The notes beneath the pieces are model-generated. The model worked only from the letters and a program-made list of their open reading frames with translations. It was not told the DNA's origin and did no database searches. Shown here in pieces: positions 20,644 to 31,533 of a stretch of 64,000 bases of DNA. The DNA comes from Cyanobacteriota bacterium. Lineage in GTDB: Bacteria > Cyanobacteriota > Cyanobacteriia > Cyanobacteriales > Nostocaceae. How positions within the stretch are numbered: the stretch's first letter is position 1; each line of letters opens with the position of its first letter. The position numbers were made by a program, and so were the translations under genes. The DNA lies in assembly GCA_046045965.1 (NCBI GenBank), contig JBJOKS010000003.1, positions 165,127-229,126 on the forward strand, given 5' to 3'.

Positions 20644-23600
20644 TTAAGTCTCTTTACCATAGGGTTTTACTCCTGACTCCTGTACCGGCGAACGGCCGTT
20701 CGTCCCTGCTGACTCCTGACTTCTGCTATATTTTTCGATCAACTCCTTCACTTGAGCCGCCACAAGTGGATGAGGATCTGTTTGTAAATGGGGAAGAATT
20801 TCTTGCAGCACTCGCCGAGAAACTACACTCAAGTATGATATCGCGGCTTCTCTAACAAAGCCTGTAGGATGGCGCAAATTTGCCAAAATTACCGTGGTTG
20901 TCAGTCGAATATAAGCAGCTTGGGCAAAATGAAAACAGCAAGCTAAACACCAGTCAGAAAGCAAATTTCCCTGGGTGATGAGCTTACAGATGCGGTCATT
21001 GATAGAAATATTTTCATATTGCCAAAATCCTGCATCGACTAGATACTTGAGCTTTTCTGGTTCTGGTCGTCGATCTAATATATTCAGCAATAAAGACTTA
21101 CAAGGTAAATTTATAGTATGGTCTAGGATTTCTAACCCCCGTGCTAAATTGATCAAGGAATGAGATTGAAGATTGAAAGCTGCGGCTTGCATTTTTTCTG
21201 CTGGGTAAAGCAGTTTCAATAACAGCAATATCCTATCTCTGACATCTAACTCTAATTCTAGAAGAGAGCGTTGCAGCAACTGAGCAATGGTTAAAAGCCT
21301 GTCATTCCCTTGATAATTTTCTAGAGAATCGAGATTTTGGAAGTCTATATAGGCTGCATAAATCTCACCCAGAAATTTTAATTCTTGCTCAACCAAAGCT
21401 TCAACCCGACTTTCATAGAGCCGATCCACGACACTGATATTTCCTGGTTGTTGGTTAATTTTCAGTAAGCTACGGAGGATATAGTCCCTGGTAGTACCCG
21501 TGGATGCTTCCAAATGTAGCCATAAGGTTTCTCTGGCTTCTATGGTGCTGATTTGAGCAATGGTACGCCAAGCATACATTCGCACCACGTCTGGTTTGTA
21601 AACATTTGTAGCCAGTCTCAATAACATGGGGATAGCTTCATTTTGCATACTCGCCAAGCACTCCATAGCTGTAGTCCGAGTAGATTTATAGTAGAGTGCT
21701 GCTAAGAGTGTGGGATAGTATTCTTCCAACCGAGTTGCGGTAATCATTTCTAAGACCGCACAGCGTACCCGCAAGGAGTCATCCTGTAATAAGTCGGGGA
21801 TGTGAACCCGCAAAGCCTGTAAATAAACTACTTCACTCAGCGCCCTGACTCCGTTTACCCGTTCTCGTTCTTGTTTATGGGTGAGCATCCGCCGCATAGT
21901 TTTGGTAGCTGCTGCTTGTTGTATAGGTGTACCTTGACGCAATAGCAAGGCGGCGGCGGTGGCGCGGATGAGTGAATGGTGTGCTGGCTCTAGGTATTCT
22001 TCTAAGAGGCTTAAATTGAGATTTGTTTCCGAGAGCCAAATATAACGCATAGCCAAAGCAAACACTTCCGGGTCAAGGGTGGCTTGCGGCTGGTCTAGTA
22101 AGCGACGAACTTCAGGCACATATAGGTTATTTACACCTGCCATCAGCATTAATTCTAGGCTTGACCTTTGTAAATCTGAAGGTAACTTAACTAGCAAGGG
22201 TGCTAAAACTTCTCCTGAACCGGGAAGATCAATTTGGGCTAAAAGTTCTAAGCAAGAGTGTTTATCGGTGCTACTGCCTGTTTCTACTAAAGCTTTGACT
22301 ATTCCCTGTTTGAAGGCGCGTAGACCGACAGTTGTTGTACTCAATCCCCCCCGTTCTGCACTTAAAACTAAGACATCAACATAGCGCGATCGCAATTCCC
22401 AGACGACTTTTAAACAGGCAGCAGCTACAATTACTGTTTCGCCGATTAATACCCACTTCTGTAATGCTTCAGGGACAAATTTGTTGCTAATAAATATAGT
22501 ACCAAAAATTACAAATCCCGTAAAACCAGAGGCGATCGCTTCGGCTGTACCACTAGATAAAGCTTGCATCCGGCTCCGAATTCGCTCAGGAATGGGTTGA
22601 TAAAGTGCTGGACCGCTACTAATAACAAAGGTATAGCGCAGCAGTTCATCACAGAATTTGAGACTGATTAAACCCCAGAAAAATCCAGGCTCTTCAATAG
22701 CTGGAAATAAGTTGAGCAGGGAGATCACCCCAGGTAACAAAAAGCCGACAGTTATTGGTAAAAGTGCTGCTGTGAAAAACACCCCCAGTTTTTCAATCAA
22801 GCGGCTGGAAATAAACCACTGGGTAACTAATTCACACAGTCCCACAATGCCACCAAATACACCCAAAAAGCTGGCCAGTTGTTGTTCACCTAAACTGGAA
22901 TTGAGTTCACGCAAATACTGAAAATCTATTAATAAGCCTATGACTTGCAATAGGGCAAAAAAGGCAAATAACTGCCAAACGTAGCGTTTTAGAGGCGTTT
23001 CTAAACGGCGATGTCGGGAAGCTTGTTCTTCGGTAATTTCCCGTTGTGGGGTATGGGGGAAAGCTGTGGGATATTTATAAGTTAAATAAAATAAGATTCC
23101 TGAACCTAAGAGAATGACAATACAAGCCACAATAATGACTTGATTGAGCTGGGCAAATTTGAGTAAAATCGGCAAACTAAAGCCACTAATCACATCGGCC
23201 ACTAATATGCCACTACTAACCAATGGGTAAGTGCGTTTAATCTCACGAATGTTGAATAATTGATTGGCAACAATAGATGTGTTAAGGTCATTGACTACAT
23301 AACAAGCATCTACCCACAACCTGAGTAGAAAGATCATAATTACTGCCAGGTAGGGAATATTTATACCCCCATACAAGAAGACTAGTAAAAATAATGGTAC
23401 GACCATGCCCGGTGCGATCGCTACTATCACTGCACGCAACGGAAAAACTTTTTGTAACCAAGAATATAAAACCACCAGTCCAGCACCGGTGACTGCACTG
23501 GCAATATAAATCCAGGGTAGTTGTCCCGCACCATATTTATCCAAAAACAGTGCTACAGTGCTATCCTCTGCCCACCGCAACCCTACAGATACAATTGTGT

Positions 23601-23715
23601 AGAAGGCAAACATCATCCAAGTGCGTTCAACTTCCTCTGGTCGAAGATTTACCCACTTCAGTAGTCGTACCAGAAAGCTTTGATCGCTAGTCAACCAGTG
23701 ATTTTTCAATTCCAT
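20644..23715 (-). CDS. MFS/NTT(TLC)-like transporter fused to HEAT repeats
   Basis: About 12 TM helices (STVALFL..YGA..LPWIY, LFNIREIKRTYPL) followed by HEAT-like repeats (LLQDDSLRVRCAVL, LQTDPHPLV). Confidence 0.8.
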   Translation of the reverse strand: MELKNHWLTSDQSFLVRLLKWVNLRPEEVERTWMMFAFYTIVSVGLRWAEDSTVALFLDKYGAGQLPWIYIASAVTGAGLVVLYSWLQKVFPLRAVIVAIAPGMVVPLFLLVFLYGGINIPYLAVIMIFLLRLWVDACYVVNDLNTSIVANQLFNIREIKRTYPLVSSGILVADVISGFSLPILLKFAQLNQVIIVACIVILLGSGILFYLTYKYPTAFPHTPQREITEEQASRHRRLETPLKRYVWQLFAFFALLQVIGLLIDFQYLRELNSSLGEQQLASFLGVFGGIVGLCELVTQWFISSRLIEKLGVFFTAALLPITVGFLLPGVISLLNLFPAIEEPGFFWGLISLKFCDELLRYTFVISSGPALYQPIPERIRSRMQALSSGTAEAIASGFTGFVIFGTIFISNKFVPEALQKWVLIGETVIVAAACLKVVWELRSRYVDVLVLSAERGGLSTTTVGLRAFKQGIVKALVETGSSTDKHSCLELLAQIDLPGSGEVLAPLLVKLPSDLQRSSLELMLMAGVNNLYVPEVRRLLDQPQATLDPEVFALAMRYIWLSETNLNLSLLEEYLEPAHHSLIRATAAALLLRQGTPIQQAAATKTMRRMLTHKQERERVNGVRALSEVVYLQALRVHIPDLLQDDSLRVRCAVLEMITATRLEEYYPTLLAALYYKSTRTTAMECLASMQNEAIPMLLRLATNVYKPDVVRMYAWRTIAQISTIEARETLWLHLEASTGTTRDYILRSLLKINQQPGNISVVDRLYESRVEALVEQELKFLGEIYAAYIDFQNLDSLENYQGNDRLLTIAQLLQRSLLELELDVRDRILLLLKLLYPAEKMQAAAFNLQSHSLINLARGLEILDHTINLPCKSLLLNILDRRPEPEKLKYLVDAGFWQYENISINDRICKLITQGNLLSDWCLACCFHFAQAAYIRLTTTVILANLRHPTGFVREAAISYLSVVSRRVLQEILPHLQTDPHPLVAAQVKELIEKYSRSQESAGTNGRSPVQESGVKPYGKET

Positions 23716-23973
23716 GCAGTTTTTTGGGTGTGAAACAGGTAATCACAGCACAACAGCTAAGTCATTAGGATAACAGTTACTGAATAGCAAAAGTCCTGAA
23801 CAACTGAGTATTATCATTCCCACTCAGCAGCCAGGACTATCATTTGGCAATAAATTTATAGTTTGGTGTTTGGTGTTTGGGAAAGAAGGGAACTCTTAAC
23901 AGGGAACAGGGAACAGTTAAAGAATTTTCTCCCCATCACCCCATCACCCCATCACCCTACACTCTAGGAATGA

Positions 23974-24507
23974 TTACTTTTTGGGTGAGATCAGCATCAT
24001 CATATTTCGCCCTTCTTTTTTGGGAGCTTGCTGTACCTCACCAAACGGTTCTAAATCTGTAGCCATACGCTTTAGTAAAGTCTCTGCTAAGTCACTGTGC
24101 TGGATTTCTCGACCCCGGAACATCACTGTAGCTTTGACTTTATCACCATCTTTGAGGAAGCGTTCTGCTTGTTTGACGCGCACATTATAGTCATGTTCTT
24201 CAATCTTGTAGCGCATCTTCACTTCCTTCACGTCAGCCGTGTGCTGCTTCTTCCGGGCTTCCCGCGCCTTTTTCTCCTGCTCAAACTTATATTTCCCATA
24301 GTCCATGATTCGACATACCGGCGGGTCAGCTTTGTCACTGAGTAGCACCAGGTCTAGCTCTTTTTCTTCTGCTAGTTGTAATGCTTCATGCGGTGGCATA
24401 ATTCCCAGTTGGGCACCATCATTATCAATGACCCGAATTTTCGGGAAGCGAATCCGTTCGTTAATTTGGGGGAGATCGCGGGTTCTTTTTTTCTCAATCA
24501 CAGGCAT
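23974..24507 (-). CDS. infC: Translation initiation factor IF-3
   Basis: [43 protein letters not shown]. Confidence 0.97.
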   Translation of the reverse strand: MPVIEKKRTRDLPQINERIRFPKIRVIDNDGAQLGIMPPHEALQLAEEKELDLVLLSDKADPPVCRIMDYGKYKFEQEKKAREARKKQHTADVKEVKMRYKIEEHDYNVRVKQAERFLKDGDKVKATVMFRGREIQHSDLAETLLKRMATDLEPFGEVQQAPKKEGRNMMMLISPKK

Positions 24508-24824
24508 TATGATTTTTGGGAGCTCTTTAGTTAAGGATTTGGCTTGGTCTTAGTTTACTTAGTTTTGTTTGGTATGCCCACAGAAGGCAAAATACGGAAA
24601 TGACTCAAAACTTAAAAATGAGTCCATCTCTTTAGATTAGCTAATCCATACAATAGTTGGTTACTCTGTTGTATTTGTTATTCTACTAACTTTGATCAGA
24701 TTTCCCTACAATAGTTAATCTAAATTACACAAACTTGGCTAAACTTAATTATTATTACAATCATACCTTAATCTCTTGACATTTAACTTCATATACACTG
24801 TGACAGGGAATAGGAACAGGGGAA

Positions 24825-25742
24825 ATGGAGAGAAATATGAACACTGCTTTATCTTGGCAGCAGCGTGTGGGTAATCAAAGAGATTGGCTTTGGCGGGGTT
24901 GGCAAATCCGCTACACTTACATCCGCCCTACTGAAAACCATCAAAATACCACACCTTTAATTTTACTACATGGCTTTGGTGCTTCTATTGGGCATTGGCG
25001 ACATAATTTAGAAGTTTTAGGTACACATCATACAGTTTATGCCTTAGATATGCTGGGTTTTGGCGCTTCTGAAAAAGCCACAGCTAATTACAGCGTTGAA
25101 CTTTGGGTAGAGCAGGTTTATGAATTTTGGCGGGCGTTTATCCGCCAACCAGTAATATTAGTAGGTAATTCCATCGGTTCTTTAATCAGCTTAGTTGCTG
25201 CTGCTGCCCATCCAGATATGGTGCAGGGTATAGTAATGATGAGTTTACCTGATCCAACATTGGAGCTAGAAGCCCTCCCCACTTTTTTACATCCAGTAGT
25301 TAGAGGAATTAAAAGTATTGTTGCTTCGCCTTTACTGCTTAAACCTTTATTTAAATATGTTCGTCAACCAGGAGTGCTGCGACGCTGGTCTGGTCTTGCT
25401 TATGCTCATCCCGAAGCCATCACCGATGAACTCATAGATATTTTAGCTGGACCACCTCAAGATAGAGGTTCTACCCGTGCTTTTATTGCTCTGTTCAAAG
25501 CTTCAATCAGTTCAGAATTTAGTCCTAGTGTCAAGAAAATATTACCAAACTTAACAATTCCCATGTTATTAATTTGGGGGCGAAAAGATAAATTTGTTCC
25601 CCCAAACTTGGCCAGTGAGTTTGCTAAATACAACGCAAAATTAGAAATCCTTTATCTGGAAGACGTGGGTCACTGTCCCCATGATGAATCACCAGAACTC
25701 GTGAACCAGGTGATTTTGGATTGGATACAGGGAAACAGGTGA
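24825..25742 (+). CDS. Alpha/beta fold hydrolase
   Basis: LLHGFGAS, GNSIG nucleophile elbow, GHCPHDE. Confidence 0.9.
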   Translation: MERNMNTALSWQQRVGNQRDWLWRGWQIRYTYIRPTENHQNTTPLILLHGFGASIGHWRHNLEVLGTHHTVYALDMLGFGASEKATANYSVELWVEQVYEFWRAFIRQPVILVGNSIGSLISLVAAAAHPDMVQGIVMMSLPDPTLELEALPTFLHPVVRGIKSIVASPLLLKPLFKYVRQPGVLRRWSGLAYAHPEAITDELIDILAGPPQDRGSTRAFIALFKASISSEFSPSVKKILPNLTIPMLLIWGRKDKFVPPNLASEFAKYNAKLEILYLEDVGHCPHDESPELVNQVILDWIQGNR

Positions 25743-25757
25743 CTGGGGACTCTTTAC

Positions 25758-25798
25758 TGGGGACGCAGGGGACGCAGGGGACGCAGGGGACGCAGGGG
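25758..25798. repeat. 9-bp tandem repeat (GGGGACGCA)n
   Basis: Four units plus a partial unit between convergent genes. Confidence 0.85.
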
Positions 25799-25828
25799 AA
25801 GATTAATCACCTAATTACCCATTACCAA

Positions 25829-26182
25829 TTACCCAACTGTAACTTGATTAGTATCAACATCTGTAGCACCATTCACAGAACGAGCTACAGAAATCATCCT
25901 ATTGAGAATATTTTGACTGGGAACTTTGCCTTTTAGTACCACAGTGCTTCCTGTTTGAGCCACCCAGAGGGTATTGATATCATCAAGTTGGGGATCTTGA
26001 TCAAACGCCAATGTTACCCGTTTGGCTAAACCGCTTTGGTCATACTCCCCGTTTAATCCTAGACGTTCTGGAGGGATTGTTTGAGTAGCAGTAGCTCCTG
26101 CTTGTTGTGCTACTTGAGGAGTTGGATTGACTTGTGCATTTTCTGGTTTTTCCAATCCAAATAGTCTTTGTAACCAACCCAT
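25829..26182 (-). CDS. BON domain (phospholipid-binding) protein
   Basis: MGWLQRLFG...GEYDQSGLAKRV...VVLKGKV...VARSVNGATDVDTNQV. Confidence 0.85.
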   Translation of the reverse strand: MGWLQRLFGLEKPENAQVNPTPQVAQQAGATATQTIPPERLGLNGEYDQSGLAKRVTLAFDQDPQLDDINTLWVAQTGSTVVLKGKVPSQNILNRMISVARSVNGATDVDTNQVTVG

Positions 26183-26443
26183 AAACAATTTTCTCCTGGT
26201 TAAAGCTTTCTAATATCAGTATAAAGGTTGGAAGAAAAAGTAACATCTGTCCTTGAAAGGATATATCATCAAAAATATTCATACTTTGACTTCTATATTT
26301 AGAATGTAACAAGTGCAAAAATTAAGTTTACAATGGGAGGTTGCACCGAAAATTCCATCACCATAGTTATACCTATGGTTGTTCGTGAATTTTCCCGATT
26401 TTACTAATTATTGATGCTGCTATCATCAACTGTATTGGCGAAG

Positions 26444-26962
26444 ATGAAACATACTCTTTCTGTTCTTGTAGAAGATGAAGCGGGGGTTCTGTCCCGCATT
26501 TCCAGTTTATTTGCGCGACGTGGCTTTAATATTGAAAGCCTTGCTGTAGGTCCTGCTGAACAGGGGGGAGTTTCCCGCATTACGATGGTTGTACCTGGTG
26601 ACGATCGCGTGATTGAACAACTCACAAAGCAGTTATATAAATTAGTTAATGTCCTGAAAGTACAGGATATTACAGAGATTCCTTGTGTAGAGCGGGAATT
26701 GATGCTTTTAAAGGTGAATGCTACCAGTAGCAACCGTTCTGAGGTGGTGGAACTAGCTCAGATTTTCCGCGCTAGGGTTGTGGATGTGGCGGAAGATTCT
26801 CTAACTTTGGAAGTGGTTGGTGATCCGGGTAAGATGGTAGCGATCGTGCAAGTGTTGCAGAAATTTGGTTTGCGGGAAATTGCACGCACGGGTAAAATTT
26901 CGCTTCCTCGTGAATCTGGTGTTAATACTGAGTTGCTGAAGTCTTTGGAAGCTAAGGTTTAG
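26444..26962 (+). CDS. ilvN: Acetolactate synthase small subunit
   Basis: [42 protein letters not shown]. Confidence 0.96.
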   Translation: MKHTLSVLVEDEAGVLSRISSLFARRGFNIESLAVGPAEQGGVSRITMVVPGDDRVIEQLTKQLYKLVNVLKVQDITEIPCVERELMLLKVNATSSNRSEVVELAQIFRARVVDVAEDSLTLEVVGDPGKMVAIVQVLQKFGLREIARTGKISLPRESGVNTELLKSLEAKV

Positions 26963-26991
26963 TTTTCAGCTATCAGTTATCTAATTTTTAG

Positions 26992-27023
26992 ATCCCCGAT
27001 TTCTTTGAGAAGTTGGGGATTTT
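26992..27023 (+). terminator. Hairpin downstream of ilvN (dispersed palindromic repeat or terminator)
   Basis: ATCCCCGATTTCT-TTG-AGAAGTTGGGGAT followed by TTT. Confidence 0.55.
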
Positions 27024-27257
27024 GTGGTGTGTTAAGTTTACGTGATTTTTCTTAATTTATCTTTATTGATAGAAATATAAATGTAACACAAGTTAAGTAA
27101 ATTCTACATATTATTTGCTTCTAATTGTGATTTAATGAAGGTAGTATTATAAATACACAGGTTGAGTATCTGCACAGTCTCAGCCATTAAAAAGCTGTTT
27201 TTAAACTAAATACGTAATAAATTATTATACTCGTTTCACAATCATAGAGAATGATAT

Positions 27258-29774
27258 ATGTTTCCAACCAATCAACCACTAAATTATCAATTCCTCCTGC
27301 TAACACATCTAGTTTGTGCAGATCAGCAGATCCACTCAGAAGAAGCTCAAGCTTTGCGTGACTTAGCTCAAGCAGCAAATATTGAAGAAAACACTTTACT
27401 AGAGATGGAAAAGATTTTATCTCAAGAAGATAAACATCTTTCTCTAGAATTAATCGCGGGTAAAATTCCTCATGGTCAGCAAACCGAGACAATGCGACAA
27501 TTATTAACAATGGCGCATATTGATGGTTATTTTGCACCTTTAGAAAGAGAAATGATCTATTATAAAATAGGTCAAGTTTGGCATTGGTCAAAAAATGAGA
27601 TAGATAAAATAATTCAAGAAGCGAAAAGTAAACAAACACAAAAAAATCATAAAAATAATAAAGATGAAGAATTATCCTTAGCGGCTAAGTTTTTGGAAAA
27701 TGAATATAAATCAGGTTTATCACGTGCCATCATTAATTTAGTTGTCAAAATTTCTCCTGATTCTATTAAAGAAACAGTTTCAAAATTAGAAAGAGAAATA
27801 TTAATTAAAGGACCAGAGTATGATAAAGCCATAGAACATTGTAGTAAAATTGCCAGAGAAGATTATGATTTTGCTTTTAATGCACTTGCTCAAGTTGATA
27901 AAGCCCTCAAAGATTTAGCCAAAAATCTGGAAAATACTATTAAGCAAATAGAAAATAGAACAAATAATAAAGGTCAAGCTAATACGGCGAAAGAAGTAGC
28001 TCAACAACTAGATTATAGTAGAAAAGCATTAAGAGAAGATATTATTAAAGAATTATTACTTGTTCGTGAGTCTCTATACTCTAAACAACGAGCATTAAAT
28101 CATTTTAGTATTGCTTTTATGGGCAGAACTAAAGCCGGAAAAAGCACATTACACGCTATTATTACTAGAGAAGGTTGGGATGCTATTGGAGTGGGAACAC
28201 AAAGAACAACTCGTTTAAATAGGGTTTATGAATGGAAAAATATCCGCATTATTGATACTCCTGGTATTGGCGCACCTGGGGGTAAAAGTGATGAAGAAAT
28301 AGCGAAAAGTATAGTTGATGAATCAGATGTAATTTGTTATGTCGTTACTAACGATAGTATCCAAGAAACAGAGTTTCAATTTATGAAACTTTTGAAAGAG
28401 AAAACCAAACCATTAATTATTTTACTCAATGTTAAACATAATTTGCGTGATAGTCGGCGTTTAGAGCATTTTTTGAAAAATCCCAATAAGCTATTTGAAA
28501 TGGAAGGTAATAGCGGTATTGGTGGACATTTTGAGCGTATCCATCGCTATGCAAAACAACAATATGCAAATGATTACTTCTCAATTGTTCCTGTAATGTT
28601 GCTTGCTGCTCAGATGAATAATGAGCCAGAACATCAAGAAATTAAAGATAAACTATTTAAAGCTAGTAGAATACAAGATTTTCTAGATTCTATTCGGGAA
28701 TCATTAGTTAAATATGGTGCAATTAGAAGATCACAAACTTTATTAGGTTCTACAGTGGGAGCTATTGATTCATCTTATAAATGGGTAAATAAACAAATTA
28801 ATATCTATGAACAGTTAATACAAACACTGAAAAATAAACGTGAGGAAATTAAGAGAAAGATTAAAAAGGCTGAGGATGATATTTATAGAAGTTTAAAATC
28901 AGACATAGATTCAATTTTTGTCAATGCGATTAATAGTATTCAACTATTTGCAGAAAAACATTGGAAATATGATCAAGAAAGTTTAAATGCAGGTTGGCAG
29001 AACCATCTGAAAGAAATTAGATTTCAAGAACGGATTCAAGCAGCTTATGAGGATGCAGGGAAAAAGTTTAATAAAGAAGTTCAAGAAGTAATTGCTGAAG
29101 TGGGTACTGAATTAGAATTAATGGCTACACTTAATGTTGGTAAAGATTTTAAACTGAAAGAAGATGATAAAAAATCTTTTTGGACTAATCGAGGATTTAT
29201 TACTGGTGTTATTTCTGGAGTAGCCGCACTATTGATTTTTTTACCTGGAGGAATTCCTGCTATTGCTGCTCTACCTTTTCTTGCTACAGCTATTGGTAGT
29301 ATCACTTCTTGGTTTAAATCTGAAGATCAAAAGCGGCGTGAAGCCGTGAATAAAATTAGGGAATCCCTAACAGAACAATTAAATAAAAATAAAGATAAAG
29401 TGAACTCTGATTTAAAGAATAGTTTTACTAATTACTGCGATTCTGCCACTACAAATATTATACAATACTTTGATGAATTGATAGGAGGTTTAGAAGCAAT
29501 TAACCAAAATCTCAAAACGGCAAATAATCATATAAATCTTGCTAATAATTATCTTAATCAAGCCTATGCTAAAAGAATCATAGATTGGAGTGTTGACAAA
29601 TATGAACAGCTAACCGATGAAGGAATCAAAAATACAATTTCTCAAGTTGATCATCAATTTGGGCATAAACTCACAATTCATACCAAACTAGAGTTAGATA
29701 TTCGTAAATCTCAATCTGATATTCAAACAATATTACAAGAAGATATTGTAATTAAATTCCCAGTTAATAATTAA
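27258..29774 (+). CDS. TerB-like domain fused to a dynamin-like GTPase (LeoBC-like)
   Basis: N-terminal CADQQIHSEE...AHIDGYFAPLERE (TerB-type acidic motifs); G1 GRTKAGKST, G3 DTPG; long helical stalk with a hydrophobic hairpin near aa 650-685. Confidence 0.75.
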   Translation: MFPTNQPLNYQFLLLTHLVCADQQIHSEEAQALRDLAQAANIEENTLLEMEKILSQEDKHLSLELIAGKIPHGQQTETMRQLLTMAHIDGYFAPLEREMIYYKIGQVWHWSKNEIDKIIQEAKSKQTQKNHKNNKDEELSLAAKFLENEYKSGLSRAIINLVVKISPDSIKETVSKLEREILIKGPEYDKAIEHCSKIAREDYDFAFNALAQVDKALKDLAKNLENTIKQIENRTNNKGQANTAKEVAQQLDYSRKALREDIIKELLLVRESLYSKQRALNHFSIAFMGRTKAGKSTLHAIITREGWDAIGVGTQRTTRLNRVYEWKNIRIIDTPGIGAPGGKSDEEIAKSIVDESDVICYVVTNDSIQETEFQFMKLLKEKTKPLIILLNVKHNLRDSRRLEHFLKNPNKLFEMEGNSGIGGHFERIHRYAKQQYANDYFSIVPVMLLAAQMNNEPEHQEIKDKLFKASRIQDFLDSIRESLVKYGAIRRSQTLLGSTVGAIDSSYKWVNKQINIYEQLIQTLKNKREEIKRKIKKAEDDIYRSLKSDIDSIFVNAINSIQLFAEKHWKYDQESLNAGWQNHLKEIRFQERIQAAYEDAGKKFNKEVQEVIAEVGTELELMATLNVGKDFKLKEDDKKSFWTNRGFITGVISGVAALLIFLPGGIPAIAALPFLATAIGSITSWFKSEDQKRREAVNKIRESLTEQLNKNKDKVNSDLKNSFTNYCDSATTNIIQYFDELIGGLEAINQNLKTANNHINLANNYLNQAYAKRIIDWSVDKYEQLTDEGIKNTISQVDHQFGHKLTIHTKLELDIRKSQSDIQTILQEDIVIKFPVNN

Positions 29775-29787
29775 GGAGCTAAATATT

Positions 29788-31533
29788 ATGCTACCAGGAC
29801 AAAGAAAAATCCAAGCTGCTGAAGTTGTTAATCATCTTAACAATTGCTATAAAAACCTGAATCAATTACTATTACAAGGTGATAATCAAGAATTACTGCA
29901 AATTCGCCAAAAAATGATTAACGAATTAGAAGATTATCGCAAAGATGGTATTTTATCAGTTGCTTTTGTGGGTCAATATAGTGCAGGTAAATCTACAATA
30001 ATTTCCGCCATTACTGGTCAAAGGGATATTAAAATAGATGCGGATATAGCGACTGATGAAACCAGTAATTATTATTGGGAAGGAATTAATTTAATTGATA
30101 CTCCTGGACTTTTTACAGAACGTAAAGATCATGATGCTATCACTTATGATGCTATTCATAAGGCTGATTTATTAGTTTTTTGTTTGACATCAATGTTATT
30201 TGATTCCATAACAATAGAGAACTTTAAAAAATTAGCTTATGAAAAAGGTTATCGTTGGAAAATGATGTTAGTCGTTAATAAAATGTCTGATGAAGCAGGA
30301 GATGATGAACAAAAAATAATTAATTATAGTAAAAGTCTAGCAGAAGCATTAAAACCTTATGAAATAGATGAATTTACTCTCTGTTTTATTGATGCTAAAG
30401 ATTATTGTGAAGGTATAGATACAGACGATGATTTTTTAATTGAAATTAGTAGATTTGATAGTTTTACTGATTCTTTAAATAATTTTGTTGATAGTCGTCG
30501 TTCTCTTGCTCGTTTAGATACACCAGTGAGAATAGTTTTGAGTGGAATTAATGACGCACAAATTTGTATCAGTCGTGATAATAATGAAGATACAGCATTT
30601 TTTGAAATTCTCAAACGGTTATCTCGTACAGTAAACCAAGAACGAGAAAGACTGAGAAATAAAGTCAAAAATATTGCTTTAAACTTATTTTCAGCAGTCA
30701 CCAATGAAGGAACAATACTAGCTTCAGTATTGGGAGATGAAAACTTTGAAATTTGCAACCAACAAACAGAAATTAATGTACGTACTCACTATGAAAAAGC
30801 TACCAATGATATGGAATATTGTATAAATGATGCTTTTTATTCTATTCAGAAGGAAATAGAAAGTGTTTTTAATAGCGATTTAGTCAAAACATTTGTGAAT
30901 AGATTGCAGTTTCAATATGAAGTTTATGCAGAAAATTCCGATGATGGTATAGATTTAAAGAATATAGTTGGACAAATTGAAGAATTATCAAAAATTGGTG
31001 AAAAAATAGGTATAAACCCATTCAGAAATAATTGGACAAATACCTATCAAGGAGAGGGATTTTTACGTTCTATGGATGTTGCAGGTAGTCAGCTACATTA
31101 TTCTGTACGTTCAGTAGGAGAGTTTCTTGGTTATAATTTTCGACCTTGGGAAGCGGTTAATTTGGCTAAAGATATTGGTAACTCTTTTATGATTATTGGT
31201 AATGTTGTAGCAGGACTAGGAGTATTAGCAGAAATTTATCAATTATATAAAGAAAGTAAAGCTGAGAAAAAATTATCTGATGCCCGTTTAAATATTACCA
31301 GCCAATTTATCAAAATGGGGGAAAGTTTAAAAGAACAGATTAATGAACAACTTGCAGAAATTGAAATCCAACTGTATGGAGAAATTGAAAATCAAATTGC
31401 CGAAGCTAGAAGGAAACAAGAGGAGTCCATAACATCTGCTAATAAAGGGATGCAAAAACTGACACAGATTAGACATGAGTTAGAATCTATTTTGCAAAAA
31501 ATTACAAAAGCGTCAACAAAATTAGTAGGATGA
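29788..31533 (+). CDS. LeoA-like bacterial dynamin-like GTPase
   Basis: VAFVGQYSAGKST, LIDTPGL, HDAITYDAI..ADLLVF, NKMSD, FRPWEAV before a hydrophobic segment; AGGAG RBS in the 13-nt gap. Confidence 0.8.
   Translation: MLPGQRKIQAAEVVNHLNNCYKNLNQLLLQGDNQELLQIRQKMINELEDYRKDGILSVAFVGQYSAGKSTIISAITGQRDIKIDADIATDETSNYYWEGINLIDTPGLFTERKDHDAITYDAIHKADLLVFCLTSMLFDSITIENFKKLAYEKGYRWKMMLVVNKMSDEAGDDEQKIINYSKSLAEALKPYEIDEFTLCFIDAKDYCEGIDTDDDFLIEISRFDSFTDSLNNFVDSRRSLARLDTPVRIVLSGINDAQICISRDNNEDTAFFEILKRLSRTVNQERERLRNKVKNIALNLFSAVTNEGTILASVLGDENFEICNQQTEINVRTHYEKATNDMEYCINDAFYSIQKEIESVFNSDLVKTFVNRLQFQYEVYAENSDDGIDLKNIVGQIEELSKIGEKIGINPFRNNWTNTYQGEGFLRSMDVAGSQLHYSVRSVGEFLGYNFRPWEAVNLAKDIGNSFMIIGNVVAGLGVLAEIYQLYKESKAEKKLSDARLNITSQFIKMGESLKEQINEQLAEIEIQLYGEIENQIAEARRKQEESITSANKGMQKLTQIRHELESILQKITKASTKLVG

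Noticed and set aside
24495..24513. Non-canonical start codon autoregulation of infC
   Set aside because: In-frame ATG, GTG and ATT are all present, so the true start cannot be decided from sequence.
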